In this document: in pieces, positions 1 to 13,606 of the stretch
Layout of the letters: each line of letters begins with the position of its first letter
Position numbering within the stretch: position 1 is the first letter of the stretch
Source: Marsupella aquatica
Taxonomy: Eukaryota; Plantae; Marchantiophyta
NCBI GenBank assembly: GCA_973895155.1
Contig: OZ316893.1
Coordinates: 26,586,798 to 26,650,797 of the forward strand
Reading direction: 5' to 3'
DNA length: 64,000 nt
Position numbers and translations under genes: made by a program
Notes under the pieces: generated by a model
Told to the model about the DNA's origin: nothing
What the model saw: only the letters and a program-made list of their open reading frames with translations
The model's database searches: none

Positions 1-156
1 AGTCGAAACCTGTGACCAAGCAAATCGCTGACATAAACATTGCCGTTCCAATCTGCATAAGGATGTCCAATTAGCATGATTGTAGTATGGAATCGTCGCT
101 GAATGTCTGGACTCGACTCAGGAGTAACCATCACCATTAGGGTCCTCATAACTGCA

Positions 157-710
157 CATCAAAATATGGCATATGCAATGTATGATATTGCTCCATACCA
201 TGATAAACGTTTTCTTTAAATCAGTGACATCAAAATATGGCATATACCATCTATGATATTGCTCCATACCATGATACACGTCATTACCATGATACACGTC
301 ATTATTTTCTTTGAAGTGCGCACCATTTTGATGTGTGATGTCATATCAAAATATGGCATATGCAATGTATAATATTGCTCCATACCATGATAAAAGTCTT
401 TATTTTCCTTAAATCAGTGACATCAAAATATGACATGTATCAAAATATGGCATATTCAATGTATGAAATTGCTCCATACCATGATACATAACACATCATT
501 ATTTTCTTTTAAATCAATGAGTGGGTACAGTATATTATCACATTTTGATGTTTGATTACTGGGCACCATTAGTAATATGGCATATACAATGTATGAAATT
601 GCTCCATACCATGATACATAACACATCATTATTTTCTTCTAAAATCAATGAGTGGGCACAGTATATTATCACATTTTGATGTGAGATGACTGGGCACCAT
701 TAGTACCCAC
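157..710. repeat. Degenerate tandem repeat, about 5 copies of CATCAAAATATGGCATATGCAATGTATGATATTGCTCCATACCATGATA with variable linkers
   Basis: Motif recurs near 157, 228, 345, 438 and 574; about 445-571 and 575-705 are near-identical. Confidence 0.75.
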
Positions 711-3639
711 TTCCCACAGGTCTTACTCAAGGCAAAGTGCATGTGTGTTGTGCTCTCCACCTCGCACAGGTCTCTCATATCAGATATTGAAGGAAGAATC
801 CTGACCCAATTGGACAGCTTTTATATGCATGCTCGTGCTTGTAAGGTCTACTGAGATTTATTCCATTGCCACTTTTTTGTAATTATTATTTTGTTACCTT
901 TTTCACTACTTGTGAAGGAAAGTAAATTCAGTTAACTCGAAACTTTCTTTTGTCAAATACATACTTTGTCACTCTTTTTGGTTTAGTTACACCCTTCACC
1001 CTAATTAGATTTATGTAAGAATTAGAGGTAGTGCCAAATTAGTGTTACTAACACTAAATTCAGTAAAAGTGATCTTGACTTCTACGCAACACTAATTTGT
1101 TGTATATTCAAAATAGTTTTTTTTTCACTTTATTTGAAGCACTAGTAAAAAATGGTTGATCTTGAGTCCAAAATTACACTGATTCATGCACGTTGAATTA
1201 GAGTTATAGCAGAATTAGTATGAGTAACACTGATTATGATAAACAGTGTATAATATTTTTCATTTCTTTTCACTGGTTGTCAAGGAAACTAACTTAAGCT
1301 AATTTGAAACAATCCCATGCTTGACATACGGCCTAGTTTTCACCATTACATGGTCATTTATGTACTGTACCATCATCGCACCACTCTATTGCACCACTCT
1401 TTCCAACTCTCAAAATTTTGTTGGGTCTTTCACTTTGCTCCCACCTCAACCCTCTCCACCCCCACCTGGTCGGCAGCCCGACTCCCTTTCCCTCCAAAGG
1501 GTGGGAGAGGGTGTTGAGGTTAAGTTGAGGACAGTCACAACTGTCTACCAATGAAATTGGCAGGATGTTCACTGTTGCATCCTTCAAAACTGAGCAGAGT
1601 ACCTTTGCTTGGCAAGCAATAGGAAATGGTAAGAGGTATTTGCTTGAAGAGACCCCAAAATGAAAAGGGTTACTTGATAGGACCCCTGAAGGTTTGGGTA
1701 CATTGATTCAAGGTCTATCAAGGTTTCTTGTCACGCGAAAGAGGTCTGAACATTGACTGTGCCGGGGTCAGTGGTAGAGCAGAAGTCATTCTTTTAACCC
1801 ACATTCCACCGAGAAGTGGGGTTCAGACATAGCTTTTAACACTTAAAGAAAAGAAAAAATAAGATCATTCCACAGTGGACCGGGAGGGACACGGGCAGCG
1901 AGTGCTCAATGCAATTACCTGTTGTCCTGAATATAAATCTCAGATTAGATATATCAATGTTGTCCCAGTTACTAACCTTATGAGCAATTGGAATGAAATG
2001 TGTCAAAATTGCAAAAGTGTGATAAGCAGGAAGTAGGAAAGGTTTTGACATGTTCAACAGCTTCCTGGAAGACCGTTTCCCCTTAATAAAATATGATTTT
2101 TTGAGAGACAATGGATGAAAAGGAGCACAGGCATATCGATATGTTCTCCAGGTCTAGTAAAGCATCTACAACCCTTATTAAAAAGACTTATTGTATCTGG
2201 GCGTTGACTGAACCCATTAACTAAAATTTTAAAAGTCAGGTCTAACCCATTTGCTACAATGCTATTGGAGTTTCAGGTAGTGGGGATTTTTGTTTCTGGA
2301 TCTGTATTTGGGAGACAATATATAGTTATGACTCTATATGGGGTTGGTTGTTGGGTCTACAAGATTGTAATCTACATTGGTGCAAGGTGTATTTCTAGCT
2401 TGGAGAAAAATAATAGAGTGAAGGCCAGGCTGAGTTTCATTTGACCATGACTACTAGTACCATAGAAACAATCGGGGGATAAATAACTATTGAAAATGTC
2501 TATTCCTATGACAAGATTTTAGGTAGTGCCTAGGAGGAGACTGGGTATTTTAATATAATGGTAACTTGGTCTGCTATTACGAAGTACTTTCCCAGCCCAC
2601 TTTTTTTTTTAAGAACGGGACAACGCCTGGAGAACTTTTCCAGCCCACCTGTTTTGGGAGGTAAAATTTGAGCACTGGGAGCCCATTAAATATTTTTCGG
2701 CAGTGGGAACCAGCTTATGACTATGGTACTCCTCACCCTACCCTCGTGCTGGGTGACACTACACAACAATGCATATCAGGTCCTTTCACTCTACCCTATG
2801 CAAAAGTTTTTGAGCCATGCTCAATTTGTTGGGAAAGAAATAAAAATGTTTCACTTAGTATATGTGTAGAAATGATGAGCTATGCACAATGTACTACGAA
2901 AGAAATAAAACCATTTCACCTGGTATGTGTGTAGAAATGATGAGCCATGCAATGTGTTGTGAAAGTGAGAAAATTGTTTCACTTGATAAAGTGTAGAAAT
3001 GATGAGCCATGCACAATGGTATTCGGAATTAATCCGTGGACCCCCATGTTCATCCAAGGAATGTTTGTGTGATTAAGTGAAATCAATTTTCATCAAGGCG
3101 GTAACCAATGGTTTTGAGTCTCCCAATAGTGTTGGTGTGTGCTCGTACAAAAACAAATGCTCAAAAGATAGAGATCTATCAAACGGAAGGTTGAATGTGG
3201 AGGAATTGAGCTTTCTTATAGGTTTTGCTTACACATTGGAAAAATCATCTTTCAACCATTCTTGATTGATTGTTTCAAAGTTACATTGAGCATTACCGCC
3301 ACAAGACAGACTAGAGCACAACACTCAGCTGTTGGCAAAAGAGCGCTTGTCAATTTGTTGGGAAGAACACACAAAACAAACGAGCCGTCACTTCAAACAA
3401 AGGATTTGTAGTTATTTTTATTTAAGAAAGTTATGGTGTGAGGGGAAGACCAACAATTGTTTCTTTGACATAGAGGCTGCATTTGGCGTCAACCTGTGTT
3501 AGAGTGAGCTTTAGTTGAAGACTATCTAAGAAATGCGAACAATTCAAGCCGGGAAGCAAGCATTGTGGACAAGCGATGGTGACGTAATCAAAGAAATCAA
3601 TTTATAGCGGCTAAGTTTGTGACGGTGACGAGATTGTGA

Positions 3640-4140
3640 TATTTCTTAATCGAGAAAGGGTTTCCAATGAGCCTCAAATTGATAAATTTTGTCAAGTTTC
3701 ATATGAGTTTTTGAATATCTTTGCCTTTCCAATGAGTGTTAGTATAAATTTTTTTGATTATGAGTTCATGAATTCTTTTAGCTTTCTAACATTGAGTCTG
3801 ACATTTACAAATTTTATGTCAGATTTTGTCACGGTACTCAAGAGATCAGGAGGTGTTCAATCTTTTTAACTTTCTAATGTGTGACATTGAGATTATTTGT
3901 CAAGAAATAGAGAGATCATGAGTATCTAAATTTCTCTAGCTTTCCAATGAACCTAACATTGATAGATTTTGTCAAGTACTAAAGAGATGATGAGTTTTTA
4001 ATTTTACTCTAGCTTTCCAATGAGTGACATTGAGAAATTTTATCAAGACATTACTAAAGAGATCACGAGTTTCTAAATCTTGATCTTGAATTTTCCAATG
4101 AATCAAACATTGGCAAATTTTATCAATTACTAAGGAGATT
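3640..4140. repeat. AT-rich degenerate repeat array of roughly 65 bp period, possibly subterminal repeats of a decayed DNA transposon
   Basis: Recurring TTTCCAATGA...ACATTGA...AATTTT(G/A)TCAAG...AAAGAGATCATGAGT blocks; boundaries approximate. Confidence 0.5.
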
Positions 4141-6002
4141 TATTATTTAGTTTTACAATGTGAAGCCAAATGGGTTTTAATTATGTACATTTCTATCAAT
4201 TGATTTTTTCAAACTTACAAACAATTAAAAAATACAAGCATTTTGATATAAAACACTAATATATCTTTGACAAACATCAAAATGGTAACTTTGTTTTACT
4301 AAATGACATCTCTTCCTTTGTATTTTGGTTTTTTTACGTTTAATATTTACGGCATGGCGCCCCAAAAATTAAGTTGTTTTTGCCACAAACAAGAATGTGC
4401 ACGTTTGTTATTGTTAAAAGTAGGATCATTCCTGTTTGTGGCTAGTTGTGATGATGTGGCGCAACCTCATGGCAGAGAATTTGCAAGAGACCCCTAATGG
4501 GGGTCCGTAAAGACATCAAAACGTTTCACTCCCTGGATGCAGATATGATGCTACCATACAAAGGAATGCTTATTTTAATGCAGTTGCTCATTTGGTTTGA
4601 ATTGTTTTGAATAATTGAGCTATTTAGAAATCCTCTTGAAATTTTGAATTGCGCACTGTGAACAAGCCTTTGGGTGGTTTAGCTGTAGACAACCTCCTGA
4701 AATTTTGAATTGCACGCTCAGTGTCAACAAGTACTACTGCATAGTAATGTCTGGGTAAGAAGGCATTAGGGGCCATAACACCACTAAAAGTGAGAGCTTT
4801 AGCTGTAGTTTTGAGTGCAATTATTGTTGATACTGGCATCAGAGGGCATTAATTCTCTTGGAGCCCTAACTAAGGGATTTTTATCAAAAGTAGAGGATAA
4901 GTTTCATACAATTAACTATGTTGCCCCTAAAGATGTTCCAATGATATTATCACTATTGTTTTTCTATTTACAGATACGCCACGGTTTTTGTATATGGTCA
5001 CCCTGGTTACGTTGGTAAACTTGTTGTCCATATAGGAACCGTGACACATTTGTAAATACAAAAAGAACCGTGGCAATATTGTCAATTGGAACATCAAAAG
5101 TTGAAGTTTCATAATGCCACAGTCAAAATTTGGACTGATTGCTCATTCTTCTCTGTAAAGCACTAAAGCTTGCAAGGAAAAAAAATCCCCTATGGGCACT
5201 AAGGTACCAAACCTAGTTTCCTTGTTAGAGTGTCTTAAAGCTACATTGTTATGGGTGGTGGCCTTTGGCCATAAAGAAATGGTGATAACTTGTTCACTAG
5301 CCTCTAAAATAACTTAAGGCCACTGTGCGCACATGATCATTCTTTATGGCAAGCAGTTGCGTATTTTGAATGTTAGTCCATGACTTTTTATGTCTAGAAC
5401 TTAAACCTTTGTATGTTCAAGGCTGTTGGTTTTAGGGCCTTTGGACAAATTCTTCCTACCATCCTATGTGGTCTACTTAAGAGTTTTACCAGGCTTTTTA
5501 GTTTTTTCTTATTAGGGCTTTAGTTCTTAGGCTTTGTTGAGAAATCTCATTTTGGCTCTTTGGTCTTCCTTGCTCTTTCTCCTTTTATGACCCTTTTATT
5601 GGGTCCCCTGCCTTTTCCACCTTTTTGCCCCTTTATTGGGCCCCCTCCTGCCTTTGCGATCCTATCTCCCTGTTTTGGCGCTTTTAGTTACTTGTGAGCG
5701 TTACGTTTGTTTTAAGGTACATTGAGTTTTGACGTTTGAACCCAACCTTTCCTTAGTGGCAATATCTGCTAAGTATATTCCACCTTACTGAACTCCATTA
5801 GTTTGGCAAAAATTGCTAGGTTTTTTGTGGTCCAGTTGCCCCGTTAGCAGCGGACCCCATCAACCAGAATCTGACAGTTTTCCTTAAATCTTGGGAGATC
5901 TAGCAAGAATATTTTATTCTAAAAAATTAAAAAAGGAATATCAGACAGAGTGTCATTGGCTACCATGGCGAAAAGGGCAAAAACCTCGAAAACTACGCTG
6001 CT

Positions 6003-7004
6003 TGAGACCCCTGTTATTTTCTCTGGTTTACAATGGTGTAGCCAGGAGCGAGTTTTGAGGCCCCCTATTATTTTGTGTCTCTTTTACAGTGGTCTTGAGT
6101 TTTGAGACCCCTTAATTTGTGCGTCTCTTTACAATGGTGTTGAGTTTCGAGACCCCCTATTATTGTGTGTCTATTTGATTTACAGTGGTGGTGCTTCGAG
6201 CGAGTTATCCCTTAATTTGTGTGCCTCGTTTACAAAAGGTGTTGAGTTTCCAGACCCCCTATTATTGTGTGTCTGTTTGATTTACTGTGGTGGTGCTCCG
6301 AGTGAGTCATCCCTTAATTTGTGTGTCTCTTTTACTACGGGGTTGAGTTTCGAGACGCCCTACTATTGTGTGTCTGTTTGATGTACAGTGGTGGTGCTCC
6401 GACCGAGTCATCCCTTAATTTGTGTCTCTTTTACTACGGGGCTGAGTTTCTAGACCCCCTATTATTGTGTGTGTGTTTGATTTACACTGGTGGTGCTCCG
6501 AGCTTAATTTGTGTGTCTCTTTTACAATAGTGTTGAGTTTCGAGACACCCTATTATTGCGTGTCCGTTTGATTTACAGTGGTGGTGCTCCGAGCGAGTCA
6601 TCTCTTAATTTGTGTCTCTTTTACAGCGGTGTTGAGGTTCGAGAGCCCCTATTATTGTGTGTCTGTGTGATTTATTCCGAGCTAGTCATCCCTTAATTTG
6701 TGTGTCTCTTTGATAACGGGGTTGAGTTTCGAGACCCCCTATTATTGTGTGTCTGTTTGATTTACAGTGGTGGTGCTCCTACGGTAGCGAGTCATCCCTT
6801 TATTTCTGTGTCTCTTGTACAAAGGTGTTGAGTTTCGAGACCCCCTATTAATCTATTATTGTGTGTCTGGTTGATTTACAGTGGTGGTGCTCCGAGTGAG
6901 TCATCCCTTAATTTGTGGGTCTCTTTTGCTACGGGGTTGAGTTTCGAGACCCCCAATTATAGTGCGTCTGGGTGATTTACAGTGGTGGCTCCGAGTGAGT
7001 CATC
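6003..7004. repeat. Tandem array of a roughly 99 bp unit, about 9 copies, directly upstream of the PWWP gene
   Basis: Unit GTTGAGTTTCGAGACCCCTATTATTGTGTGTCTGTTTGATTTACAGTGGTGGTGCTCCGAGCGAGTCATCCCTTAATTTGTGTGTCTCTTTTAC repeated with substitutions and indels; explains the repetitive short ORFs at 6163-6696. Confidence 0.9.
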
Positions 7005-7129
7005 CGCCACGCAGCCAGCCCAGCCCCGCGATGCTTTGCCTGTTCTTGAAGAGCAAGATCTGGAAACAGCACATGATTGCGAATTCCTGTGCGCTTCTTT
7101 GCTTTCTGGGCCCCTGTTCTGTGGAGAGG

Positions 7130-7230
7130 GAACGAACGACCAAAAAAACGAACGAGCGAACGAAACGAAACGAAACGAAAACGAAAACGAAACGAACGAG
7201 AGAGAGAGAGCGAGCGAGCGAGCGAAGGGA
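7130..7230. repeat. Compound microsatellite (GAAC/GAAAC/GA/GAGC) in the probable 5' UTR of the PWWP gene
   Basis: Directly visible purine-rich simple repeats. Confidence 0.8.
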
Positions 7231-7367
7231 CGAAGGTGGTGTGCGTTGGAGAGGGTTTCTTGCCAGTGTTGGGTCGCAGTCGAATTTGTGGAAGGGGTCG
7301 AGCTCTGGTGAGGGAGCTTCACCGAACTCGCAGAAGTGCTGGGAGAACATTTGCAACGTGAGCGACG

Positions 7368-10300
7368 ATGCCGCGGCATAAGAAGAAAAAGAGAGCAGCG
7401 GCAAAACCAGCGGCGAGCGTGAAGAAAAGAGATTGGCTCGTTGGCGATTTGGTGGTGGCCAAGCTTAGGGGACATCGACCATGGCCTGCTCAGGTTTTCT
7501 TCCCTTCGAAGTACTCTTTCTATTTTGAAGTTGTCTTGCAACGCCTCACTCAGCTTTGCTAATGCCGGAGGTAGGCGTGTCTGGGTTTTAGCGGAAGGTC
7601 TTTGAAATTGATACGTCTGGCTCGATTGATTCCAGCCTCACAAGTGTTGTCTTGAGGTGGCAATGAATTTCATTTTTAGTATCCAGTGTTTTAATGGGAT
7701 GCATGCAATTTCGATGGGTTTGGCGTAGTTTTCTGGGCACTGGGCCGTAGGTGGAACTCGTCTCATCTTTAGTATTCCAACTTCGTCTTTCGAGGACGAT
7801 TTTTAGGGTTCTCGTCCTAAGCAAGCCGTAGGACTCCACCCGTTGTGAGCAATTGGATGGGGTTTACAACTACAAGAGCCATTATAAGCTGTTTTGCCGT
7901 GTTCATCTGGTCGTGTCGTTGGACAGCCTTTTGACACGCTATGGGAGTGTGGGTAGTTTAAAACGGTGCTCAGACTGCCAGCCCTCCATTTGCCAATTAC
8001 GGTGAGGCATCTGTGTTGATGAAATGAGCTTGAAATGGTAGAGGGCGTTGTCATACGGATGGATGCCAACGACCTTCGTCTTACCTTTGATAAACCGCAA
8101 CTCGCGTTTCTTGATTCTGTGGGCTTCGTCGTAAGCTTCTTTGCACCTCGAGAGTCTGCAAGGTGGTCACTGCCGAGACATTGAGACTGCAGTATCTGAA
8201 ATTTGACTCGTGTCTTGCAAATTGCTGGTTTGTTATGGCAGATACAAAAGCCCGAGGACTACGGTTATGAAGCTCGACCTCACAGGATATTTGTTACATT
8301 TTTCGGGACAGAGGAAACGTGAGTGGTTGGGATAATAAGACTCACTTGGTTTCCACTTTGGCCTCTCTCGTCGGTTGGAGTGCACGTTGTCTTGTGATTC
8401 TAGTTTTTCGTTTCGTGAGCTGATCAAGATTTTCTTGCCTCTTCGCAGCTGCTTTTGTTCTTACAACAAGATTACTCCCTTAACAAGTGCTGTGAGGAAA
8501 AGCTTGGCAGAGCAACTTCAGAAGATCAATACAAACCCCGAACTTGAACGGGCTATCAAGGAAATCTTCGCCGCTGACGATGAGTTGAGGGTGTCCACAA
8601 AATCGCTTGGGAGCAATCAGAAAGAAGATGACGAAATGGTGTCCGAGAAGTCCGAGGAGGAAGAGCCCCCGGTCGAACGTTCAAGAAAGAGAGCTCGTGT
8701 TGTTGAAGAAGCTGTTGCCCCTGTTTCTGCAGTGGACAAGAGACCAGCGAGGCAGGAGAAAACGGTGAAGACCATGGCCGCAGAACAGGTTCAAAAGCTA
8801 CCACGCAAGGTCAGGATAAAGGTCTCGACTCAGGGCTCCGACTTGCCTACTCCGCAGCAAGGAGAGTTGCCGGGATCGGACAAGGTGGGCGTGAGCTCAT
8901 CACAGGCTACACAAAGTGGCAGTGCTCCGCTGCGGACTAGTGAACCTGTAGGCTCTGCGAAACCTCCTGTCAAGAACGGTGAGAGAGCGACTACGGGTAA
9001 GTTGGACGATTCCGTCAATTTGAAGGAGCATGAAAATGTAGTCGTACAGCAGGACGAGACCATCAGTAGGCATGCCTCGGAGAATGGCGGAGATGCAGCT
9101 GACAAAACTCAAGGGGACCAGGCCACGACATGTTCAGCGACACCGAAGACGCAGAAAATGAAGGTGGACGATGACAAGTCAGTGTCGAAGCCTAACGAAC
9201 TTGAAGTCGCGGAAGAAGACGATGAGAAGTCCTTGGCAGCGAAGACTTGTGAAACTGCAATCGGGAAGGAAGACGACAACTCTGCTTTAAAGCAACCGGT
9301 GACGTTGGAGACTGTCGACGAAGGAGTGGAGAAAATGGAGGTGGACGATGAGAAATCACTAGTGTCGAAGACTAATAGCGAACCTATGATTGGCAAAGAG
9401 GATAAGTCTTCTATTGCGAAGGAGTCTCTCACCGCTGAAGACGAAGTAGAGAAAATGGAGGTTGACAAAGAGAAATCAAAGATTAGTAAGCCTGCAATAG
9501 TGAAGGAGGACGACTCTGCTAAAGGTCCTACTGGTAAGGTGATTGAGGCCAGCAATGTCGCCACAAACGAATCAAAGGGAAACGAGAGTTCCGCAGGAGG
9601 AGAGGGCCAGGACCCTGAGACTGTGGAAGACATGGAGATTAGTCGGTCAGGTCAGGAGCAAGTCGCTCCAGTTGTTAAAGAAGGCCTGGTTGATCTATCA
9701 AAATGCCAAGATAGCCATAGGGACTCAGGAGCAAAGGTAGATAGGGAGGATGACGCTCTAGAAAGTAAACCTTCGTCTGCGTCGACTCAACCGGACGCTG
9801 TAGATGAAGCCACGTCTTCCGCCGGTGAGGATCCAGTCTTGGCTAGTAAAAACGAAGGCAAACATGGAACAGAAGAAACGCGGATGTCAATGTCTGCTAC
9901 GAAGGACGACGCGGGCTCGGCACCCGACTTGCAGGGTGGGGCAGTTCCAGGACAGTCCTCTCGTGGGTCAACTGATCAAGGTGAGAAAGTACCGGACTCC
10001 GATGCGCAAGACTCAAGATTGAATCAAGCTGGAGCGGTGGATCGAATGGAGGAACAGGACGGAGCGGTGGTGAAAGCTGAGCATCAGGACGAAGCGATGA
10101 AGAAAGCAGAGGACCGGGAAGCTGCTTTGAAGGAAACAGAGGAGCAGGACATCGCGGTCAAGAAATTGGAAGACCAGGTGACAGGGGCGACGAAACTAGT
10201 GGGTCAGGGCAAAAGTGTAGACAACGCTGAGGGTCAGGGCGCGAGTGTAGAGAAAACGGAGGATCAGGGCACAGAGGTGAAGAAAACGGACGATAAGGTC

Positions 10301-10738
10301 GTAAAGATGAAAACGGAAGATCGAGACATAGAGGTGAAGAAAATTGAGGATAAGGGCGCTGAGGTGCAGGCAACAGACGACAAGGACGCAGCGTTGAAGA
10401 CAATATTGGGAAAAGGCTCAGCGGTAAAGAAAGCTGAGGATACTCCACCAATTGGGTCCGGGGAAAGTGAAGTGCCTACTGTAGCTTCGGCAAAAGGGGA
10501 TGCTCTCCCCCAAACTGTCACCGAGAAACTAGTAGACTCAATTTCGGTACAGCAAGAAAGTGATACTCCTCAAATTGGTACAGGGAATGGCGAAGTGTTA
10601 TCCACAGGAAAGCAAGAAGGACAAACACCTCAATTAGACGCAGCAGATGTGGTCGAACTCGCAACCCCGGCGAAGCAAGATGCAGCAGATGAGAAACTAA
10701 CCGGTTCATCAACAGCGCAGCCTACGACAACGTCTTGA
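7368..10738 (+). CDS. PWWP-domain chromatin protein (HDGF/HUA2-type N-terminal PWWP) with long acidic disordered tail; exons 7368-7493, 8242-8318, 8449-10738, about 830 aa
   Basis: Spliced translation ...WLVGDLVVAKLRGHRPWPAQ|IQKPEDYGYEARPHRIFVTFFGTEE(T)|CFCSYNKITPLT matches the PWWP pattern; GT-AG introns with compatible phases (0 and 2); basic N-terminal NLS-like stretch. Confidence 0.85.
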
Positions 10739-13606
10739 TCGTTGGGAGAAATATGACGTCGCACACACCCGCATGGAGCAACTCCCTGCGTGACCTCGTT
10801 AGGAACGATCGTCTGGACGACCTAAGGTCGATTGACGTATAGACAAAGCGAGTCTTTCGATCCTGAGAGCAAGCTGAAGCAATCTCTGAATGTCAGATAC
10901 ACGTTGGCCTAGAAAGAGAGCGAACTTGGCGAGCAGGAAGACAGACGAGCGTCACAATCTCTCCTTGTGAACTCCTGAGTCCTCACTACAGGAAGGACGG
11001 AGAGCATTGAAATTTAAGAGTCACGTGTCAACAGTACGTGCTGTTGGCTGCCAATTTGGACCGCACTTGAATGGCGTGATTCTAATTTCATCACTTCTTT
11101 TCAGAATGTCTGTCAAATGTGATGAATTATAGGAACAGTCAACGTCGCATTTAGACGTTCTTCTTCTCATGTATTTCTTCGTGATGTTCGTGCGCTATGT
11201 CAAAACACTGAGTCCGCCCGGCGTTCTGTATGTCAGTTTATCAAGTGTCACAAGTTCAATTTTTCCTTTCAGATAGGGGACCGAGATTAGGCATGTACAT
11301 ACAACATTCAAAGGAAAATGACTCCGATGTTGAATAGTGACCCAAAGAGTCCCCTTCAATCTAATTGCCCACAGAGCTTTCCTTCTTGCATCGTCCTGAT
11401 GAGAACTCACAAGCCTTGGGAGCAGGTTTATTTGTGAAGCATGCGAACACCGTGTTATCTCCCTTGTGTGGAAGCCGTGGAAATAGGATGACGAAATAGA
11501 TTCCAATCCATACTTTCTCAAGAGGTGCTTCTTTTTCGGTAGATATCTGTGACTTGTGGTACTTTCAGTGGATCGCTTAGGATATGCAGAACAACGCGTG
11601 ACTATGTCCAGCATGTATGTCCCTCTTTTTGTCATTTTCTTGAAAGAATTTTCCAAAGGAGCAGTCGGTATGTGAATTTCGGGTTCTGTAGTCAAGTTCG
11701 GATAAGGAGGGTGGTCTCTCCAGTTGAATCTTCCTGAATGACTGCACCCGAGTTCTGCTCTATTGACAGCATCTTTTCGGTCGAAAATATCTTAGGAAGC
11801 AGACAGCAGCATAGGATCGCCATCAGATCAGATTAGCATATTTGCTGTTTAATATACGGCCGCTGTGGACGAAGCATTGTCGGTCATCCACAGCAGTTAA
11901 CCTGATAGCGGTAAACACTAACAAGAGACACACTTCTACGAGCGACGATTAAGACTTTCTCCAACATAACCTTTTCCACAGACGTGGCAAGGCCAGATGT
12001 ATTCTTCACCCTTTTCCAGGACAACAAGCTCAGATTTGCATTTCATTCTTTCCAAGAGAACAAGCCCCGGATGTATACAGACTCCGTCAGGAAGCGAGTT
12101 GTTCGTGAACTATTCGGCCTTTTCTTTGATCATCGATCAGTTAATTTAGAAAAAGAGAAATATTTAAGGTGTCGTTCCTGATCAGGACCTCCACTGGAAC
12201 ACGTCAACTCCTCATTAATGACCGATGACCATCTTGAGACGGAGACGTCACTGCCACACTCGCCTCTGTTGCTTTACACTCAGGTTGGGTACATCACTGG
12301 ACCATTGTTTCATGTTCTTTCGAGTGGAGAGGCCAGAGTGGTATGCTTTAAAATTTCACCGACAGATTTCAGGATGGAGGGGGTTCGTGGTTACGGGACT
12401 TAACCCAACCTTCACGACATCACCACCCATAAAGTCCGCAACGTGTGTGTCGCTTCGAAAGATTTCAGAGAATTACCTTCTATGAAACAGTACTCAAACT
12501 CCGTGACGTTATTTGTGTCTTGCCCGGAAGAATTTCTGAGAATGTCGAAGAACTACATCTCATAAAACAGTAGGTAGATCGGGAGGAGGGCCCCAGAAGA
12601 CGAGCGACGCCTGAAGAGGGCCGGGAAGTCGGAGTGAACAGAGCCTGACTTGCGTGACAGGATCCCTCCATGGAAGGTAGGTGAGCTGAATGGTGATTCT
12701 ATTCGTTTCAAATCAATTTAGGATACAGTACCGCAGCGAGTTTGTGCAGAACACAGGTCTATTGGGTACCAAGCGAGGCAGATTACCGTGGCAAGGTGAC
12801 TGTTTAGTGCACGTTGTTCTCGGGTTGAAACCTGTTCGTGTGGGTGTGCGCCAGAGGAGCACCTTCGAAGTCCAACGACAGACAGTGCTGTAAGGTTGCA
12901 ATCATAGTTGCGGACAGATCTTTGGTCATTCTGCACATTTGGCTCCAAGAGCAAAGAAGAGAATGTTCAGGCACCATTAGGGGACTCTCAAAGCTTGGAA
13001 ATTAGAGATGATGGTAATGAGGCACAAAGAATAGGCCACAACTTTTTCACAAGACTAATGTGTAAAAGGTATTTTTGTGACTACTAATGGTTATGGGATA
13101 AGACCAATCCTTATGGCAAAAACTTATGGACTATAAATAGTGTAGTACTTAACTTTTTGTGTCCACAATTCATATCTAGGGAGTTAAGGTAAATCAAATT
13201 GCCAGCTTTGAGACTCCCTATTGTATCACACTAGTCTTAGAGGAGAGACTAAGCTGGCTCACAATCTACAGTAATTGACATCTCCAATCCTCTGGCAGCA
13301 CTTCTGTGATACAGTGCGCTCCGTGGGATTTGCAGTCATTTGTGTTCAACAAGTAATTGAAACACTAATTATTGCTGCTATAATCGTCTCTCTTTGAGTG
13401 CACACTCCATGAGGGCAACACAGGGCTAACTGCAAGGGATCCTCTTCTTCCCTTTTTATTACATGGACTCTGCACCTCTTTTTGCACCTTTGGTACTGCC
13501 AACTTGGGTAACCGCAATGTATCCCGTTCTTCCCTTTCTTATTATTGAGTTGCACTTTTGAGCCTTCCTTAGTGCAAAAAGGCCTGAAATTTTTTCCACT
13601 AAACTT

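Noticed and set aside
6957-7541. Overlapping ORFs of 94-194 aa on both strands
   Set aside because: Products of a microsatellite and GC-rich 5' UTR; only the exon from 7368 has domain support
11195-12954. Several 60-166 aa ORFs downstream of the PWWP gene
   Set aside because: No motifs or consistent exon chain; probably UTR or intergenic
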